Assembly: GCA_965112735.1 (NCBI GenBank)
Contig: OZ218952.1
Coordinates: forward strand, 434,001-498,000
From: Phaeosaccion multiseriatum
Lineage: Eukaryota > Protista > Ochrophyta, other classes
Reading direction: 5' to 3'
Length of the DNA: 64,000 nt
Positions 59,218-64,000 of the stretch are shown piece by piece. The position numbers were made by a program, and so were the translations under genes. The notes under the pieces were generated by a model. It was given only the letters and a program-made list of their open reading frames with translations. It did not search any database and was not told where the DNA came from. Position 1 is the first letter of the stretch. Every line of letters begins with the position of its first letter.

Positions 59218-61894
59218 GAAGGAGAAGAAGGCGCAGACCAATTGGGGGTGCGGCGAAGTGGCGTTGTTAGGACTGAATAAATGTTTTGATCGCAAGGCGC
59301 GGACGACGCGACAATGCTGGCGACCGACAAATTAGGCATGTGATACCCAAGGTCAAGAGCCCAGGGTCAAGAGGGGCAAGAGAGCGCAACAAACAGCGCA
59401 CAACACGCAACAGCACAGCAGGCAGGAGCATCATTACCCCCCTTAGAGTGCCATCCCTTTGTACTTTGTACGTACCCTTCGCGCATTTGCTTGAGGTAGC
59501 TGAGGGCAATGAGGGAGCTGTCGGAGTGGACAGTCGTGGCTTTGAGGGCAAAGTTGTACGATTCCAAGTTCCTCGGTATGCCCTTTTCGCAGGGGGGTTG
59601 TTTGTGGGTGGGGGACCAAATGGACAGGAAGAGGATAAAAAAAAAATCAAAGCAGAGTGGCGGCGGAAGAGTATCACCTTGCCCAGTCCTCGCACATGCA
59701 CACACACACACGCACACACATACACACACAAACGCACACACACACACACACACATACACATACCGCCTCTTCCATTTGGTGGAACACCGGGCCAATCCTG
59801 GTGGATGCTCCGGAGGCGGCCAAGACTTGCAACGCTGCGTTGTAGCAATTCACATCCGGCTCAAACCCCTCCGCCACCATCTCGTCCAGAAGCCTGAGCG
59901 TGCGTGTGTGCGTGTGCGTATGTGTGTGTATGTGTGTATGTATGTATGTATGTATGTATGTATGTATGTATGTATGTATGTATGTATGTATATATGTATG
60001 TATGTATGAATGTATGTGTGCATGTATGCATGTATGTATGTATGTATGTATGTATGTGCGTGTATGTATGTATGTATGTATGTATGTATATATGTGTGTG
60101 CGCGTGTGTGTGTGTGAGATTGAGTGTGTCAAGTGGGGTTGCGCGAGGCCAGTGCAGGTTAGTTGGCGAGTGAGCGAGTGAGCAAATGGGTGCAAAAGGG
60201 AGTGCGTCAGTGAGTGGGTGAGGGAGTTGGTGAGTAAGCGAGTGCGTGGGTGGGTAAGTGCGTGAGTTCGTACATAATGGAGTGAGTGCCGTCAGTGTGA
60301 AGATAAGATGGCAAGTGAGCGAGGGAGTGAAAGAATGAATAGGCGCCAGAGTGAGTAAGTGATGTAACAAGCAATTCATAAGCAAAATAAAGTAAGTGCA
60401 TGACACACACACACACACACACACACACCTGACGGGGGCGATAGCACTCAGGGGTCCCGGCGCGGCCACTCTCGCAGCTCTGGCCCTCGAGGCGGGGCTC
60501 AATGTAATATCTTCCGCGTCCCTCGCCGCCTTGGCTGCTCTCGCCAGCCTCTCTCCACTGCAGACGCAAGCCATCCGGTAGGCGGCTTGATCAGGGTGGT
60601 ATGACTCTTCTCTCATGCTCTGAAAGGTGTGCACGACCTCGTTAGCGTTGACAGCGTTGCCCCCCCCTCCCTCCCTGCCCTCGAACAAGGCCGCGAGGAC
60701 CGAAACGAAGGACCGCTCGCTGGGCCGCAGGCCTTGTTCACGCATTTGCTGGAGCAGGTAGTAGGCCTGTGAGGTGAGGTGAGGTGAGGTGTGAGGTAAG
60801 GTGAGGTACACAAGAAGAAACACGCTACAGCAAACCCGATAATATAATACCACAAGCCAGAAACCAGCAAGCACCGAAAGTAAGGAAGGAAGGAAGGTGA
60901 GGCATAGATCGGACCGCCAAGCCATATAAAGCCGAGGGAGGGAAGAAAGAAGAGGAAACAAGATGTTCTCTCCCCCTCCAAACACGTGGACGCATCAAGG
61001 CACCCAACGCACCCACCCACGCACCTCGACAGGCCTGTCTCCTTCCGAGCAAGCATCGATGAGTACGCTATAGATGATAAAGTCCGGATAGTGCCCCTTC
61101 TCCCTCATCTCCCGAAGAAGAAAGAGGATTGCGTCCACCTCTCCGCTCTCGGCCCCTTCATGGATTGCCGCACCATAGTCTTGAAGGCCTGCAGAAGAGA
61201 CGCCTTCCTCGGCCATCGGCCCTGACAGCGACGAGGAGACGGAAGAGACGGAGGAGGGAGGGGAGGGCGACGACACCTCTGCTTGGGCATAGCGCAGCAG
61301 GTAGAGGGGCACCACCCGCTCTTGCCTCCCCTGCTGCTGCTGCGACTCCACAGTCTCGCTGTCCACCGGCTTTGTCGTGCCCTTTTCTTCTGCTCCATTA
61401 AGCTGTTGGCGGCCCTCCTCTTGCTTTTCGTCTCCTCCCTCTCCCGCTGTTCCGGATGGTCCAGCCTCCTGCCACCTCTGCCGAACGTCCGCTGTGGCTC
61501 GCGTGTTGCCGTAACCTCTGTGGTCGTCATCGTCGTCGGATGAGCCAACGTGCAGCAGCACCGTCGAGGCAGCCCCGGCGGTTCTTCTTGGACCGCCCCT
61601 CCTGCTGCTCATCGTCGAGACCGCTATCGACCCAAGTGCTGCCCCTTTTCCTCTCCACAGGTCGCCGCTTCCTCCTCCTCCTCCTCCTCCTTGCAGCGTC
61701 GGGGACGCGCTCAACTTGTGCACATTCGCCCGCTGAAGGGCAATGGAGCCGTCCCTGATGTGATGGCAACGGGCAATGGAGCCCCCCGATAGGCTTGAGA
61801 AGGTGGAGGGCAGCAGCCCAGCCTCCAGCCCCTGTCCGCAGGGGGCATAGGGCTGAAATGCCGCCAACGATGACATCAAATTGGGAATCAACAT
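52827..61894 (-). CDS. Very large (~2,300 aa est.) degenerate PPR protein, probably organelle-targeted
   Basis: About 9 exons carrying PPR motifs, e.g. PDFIIYSVLIDAC, PSERSFVSVLAAL, PDVNCYNAAL, PNEKSYGYTI, PDVRVYGAGI, TVRTYNALLQVC, PNLRTYQTVM and PDTTSYSHAIAAC, interrupted by low-complexity inserts. The start is uncertain. Confidence 0.8.
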
Positions 61895-62284
61895 TTTCTT
61901 GCAGTGCGGTTTTCCTTCCGAGCAGAAATGGATATGAATAGCAGAAAGTATAGCGCTATAATCTTGCTGCACTCCTGCCTGTGCCGCTGCTTTCCTGGAG
62001 GCAAGCGCGTCCGGGAAAAGGCCTTGAGAAAGGAAGATTTGGATTCGAGTTCTTCGAGAGGGAACCGGGCAGATCTTCAGCAGCAGGAGCGGCCGCCACC
62101 GCCACAGCTCGTGCTGCTGGAAAGTCACAGGCAGAATAGCCTCCCGGCCTTTTATTCACTCCTTAGGCGGCTGGGTGTGGGGATATGAGAAGGAGGAGGA
62201 CATAACACCCCCCCCCCCCCCCTTTACTTTATTGGATGGCACTTCGCGGCACTGCCCTCTGCCCTGTCCGATCCCTGTCCCCTG

Positions 62285-62568
62285 TCGGCTCCCCGCAGGG
62301 GCGGCTTCTCGGGCTCCTGGCTTCTGGGCCATAGCCCCCTCCAGGCTTCGGGCTTCTGGCCGCAGGCCAGCGCGGACTTCTGCGCCGCAGGCCAGCGGTC
62401 TGGGCTTCAGGCTTCTCAGGGGGGCTCAGGGGGGGGGGGTGAGGAGAGATTATGCAGGCTTCTGGCCGCAGGCCAGCCCCGGGCTTGTTGCTTTCGGCCG
62501 CAGGCCGCCTCAGGCTTCTGCTTATTGGGGGGGCAGAGAAGCCCTGGCTGCGGGATGCGGGGAGCCGA
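62285..62568. mobile_element. Putative MITE / non-autonomous DNA transposon (~284 bp)
   Basis: Perfect 13-bp terminal inverted repeats TCGGCTCCCCGCA (62285-62297) and TGCGGGGAGCCGA (62556-62568). Internal repeats GCCGCAGGCC x4 and GGCTTC(T). Flanks tcccctg/tgccctg match 6/7 (possible TSD). Confidence 0.5.
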
Positions 62569-62818
62569 TGCCCTGGGCTTCTCTTCCCTTGCACAGCAGA
62601 GCTGTGCTTCATGAGACGTGAACAAAATTGAATAAAGTTACTAACTACTTGATCGCTTTGCTATCCTGTCCTTCCCCAAAATCACAGGTCCTTCGGTTTG
62701 CACAACCTTGTTGTACCCTCTGTAGGCACGCTCTCCTCCCCCCCCCCCTCCTGACCCGTTCCATCGAGCGCCTCGCGCCTCAATGAGCCTAGCTACGTTA
62801 TGCCCCGTTGACACTTGG

Positions 62819-64000
62819 CTAGCCCTGCTGTCCCTCCGCCATGGCGGCCATACGTTTCAACAAACCGGGCAGAGCCTCGTTGACGGGTTGGAGGGTGGGA
62901 CCGTGGTCGACGGCCAGGTTGCTGCCCTGCGGCCATTTGCTGCCATCGGAGTCGGAGTGAAGGATCAACACGCCCTCGGCGAAGTCTACCCCCGTCCCGA
63001 CCTGAGTCCATTGAATGTTGGAAGCATACGAGCGAGGCCCACCGCACGCCGTGGAGAGCAAAAGACAAGGAGGGAGGGGGGGCGTGTCAGACAGAGGGAG
63101 AGTGAGGGCGCGAGGGGGAGGGAGAAGAGAGAAGAGAAGGCTAGACTGGTAAGATACCAAAAAGAGGCAGGAATCCAACACGGCCGGTGCGCTCGCCACA
63201 GTGCTATTCTTCCTCTCCTTCTCACCTTGCCCGAGGGATTCAACGCACCCGCAAGGCCTTCCAACGGGGCTCCCATCCCCTCCGCCGCCCGCTCGCCCAT
63301 TTCCGACTGGAAGGCGTACGGATTCAACGTGTAGGCTGCAAGGCAAAGCAAGGCAGGGCAAGAGGTAGAGCGAAGTGAACAAGGCGGTGTAGGGGGAGGT
63401 GAAGGGGCATGCTCCGAAGACGGGGGCCGTGCCAGTTCCACGCTCTGTCCAGTAACTCACCTCGGACGCCCTTGGGAGCCACCTCTGCTGCGTAACACCT
63501 CATGAAACCATCCACAGCGGCCTGAAGGTGATGGCCGAGCAATGGAAGCAAGAAAGACGTGAGAAACAGATACGCTAAAACTACTTCGTCGCCGCCCCTC
63601 CTTCCTCCCCCCCCTATTCCTACGGCGGCTGCTGCTACTGTGATATCACACCTTGCTTGCAGCGTAGATCGACATGCCGGCCATCGGCGCGACCGCGGCG
63701 ATGGAGGAGGTGACGATGAACATCCCCTTGGTCTTCTCCAGGTGGGGCGTGGCCAGGAGAGCGGTCTGCATGACTGCCTTGACGTTGATACCGAATAGTT
63801 TGTCGTACTCTCCTGCCAGCTTTGCCGCATCATACGTCTCCAGTGGAGCTAATGCTTCCACCCCTGCGTTGGCAAGGACAATGTCGATGGATGGTCCCGC
63901 TGCCTCGAACAAGCTCGTGAGGTGTGTATCATTGGTCACGTCGCCCTGTACGAAAACGGCAGCGCCGCCCGCGCCTTCGATCTCTGAGACCACGGCCTTT
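62819..64000 (-). CDS. Short-chain dehydrogenase/reductase (classical SDR), 5' end outside window
   Basis: QGDVT, VLANAGV, TSS and catalytic YAASK, then |AAVDGFMRCYAAEVAPKGVR and two further exons ending MAEGQQG*. Confidence 0.9.

Overview
Eukaryotic, intron-rich and microsatellite-rich genomic DNA, most likely from an ochrophyte (photosynthetic stramenopile) alga. This is inferred from ASAF-like bipartite plastid presequences, a CAB-tailed ferrochelatase, a centriole gene and mastigoneme-type EGF modules. Most ORFs in the six-frame track are artefacts of simple repeats. Splicing by hand supports about 15 protein-coding genes, in order: PIBF1/CEP90 (5'-partial, +); a type I membrane protein with two tandem [Cys-rich domain + C-type lectin] units (-); prolyl-4-hydroxylase-like oxygenase (+); ferrochelatase (-); organellar uS15 (+); an intronless PPR-SMR protein with near-identical repeats (-); RluA-family pseudouridine synthase (+); a mitochondrial-carrier-like membrane protein (-); a tail-to-tail inverted pair of GT2 paralogues (+/-); an SC35/SCL-like SR protein (+); an EF-hand protein (-); an EGF/beta-fibre/peptidase-S74-like protein (+); a giant degenerate PPR protein (-); and an SDR (5'-partial, -). 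The most striking observations are a eukaryotic tailspike-like fibre gene, a TALE-like PPR array fused to an SMR nuclease domain, the inverted GT2 pair, a dispersed 15-bp CAG-associated motif (QLVIQ) and near-perfect strand alternation. Exon boundaries were read by eye and are approximate. No database searches were run.
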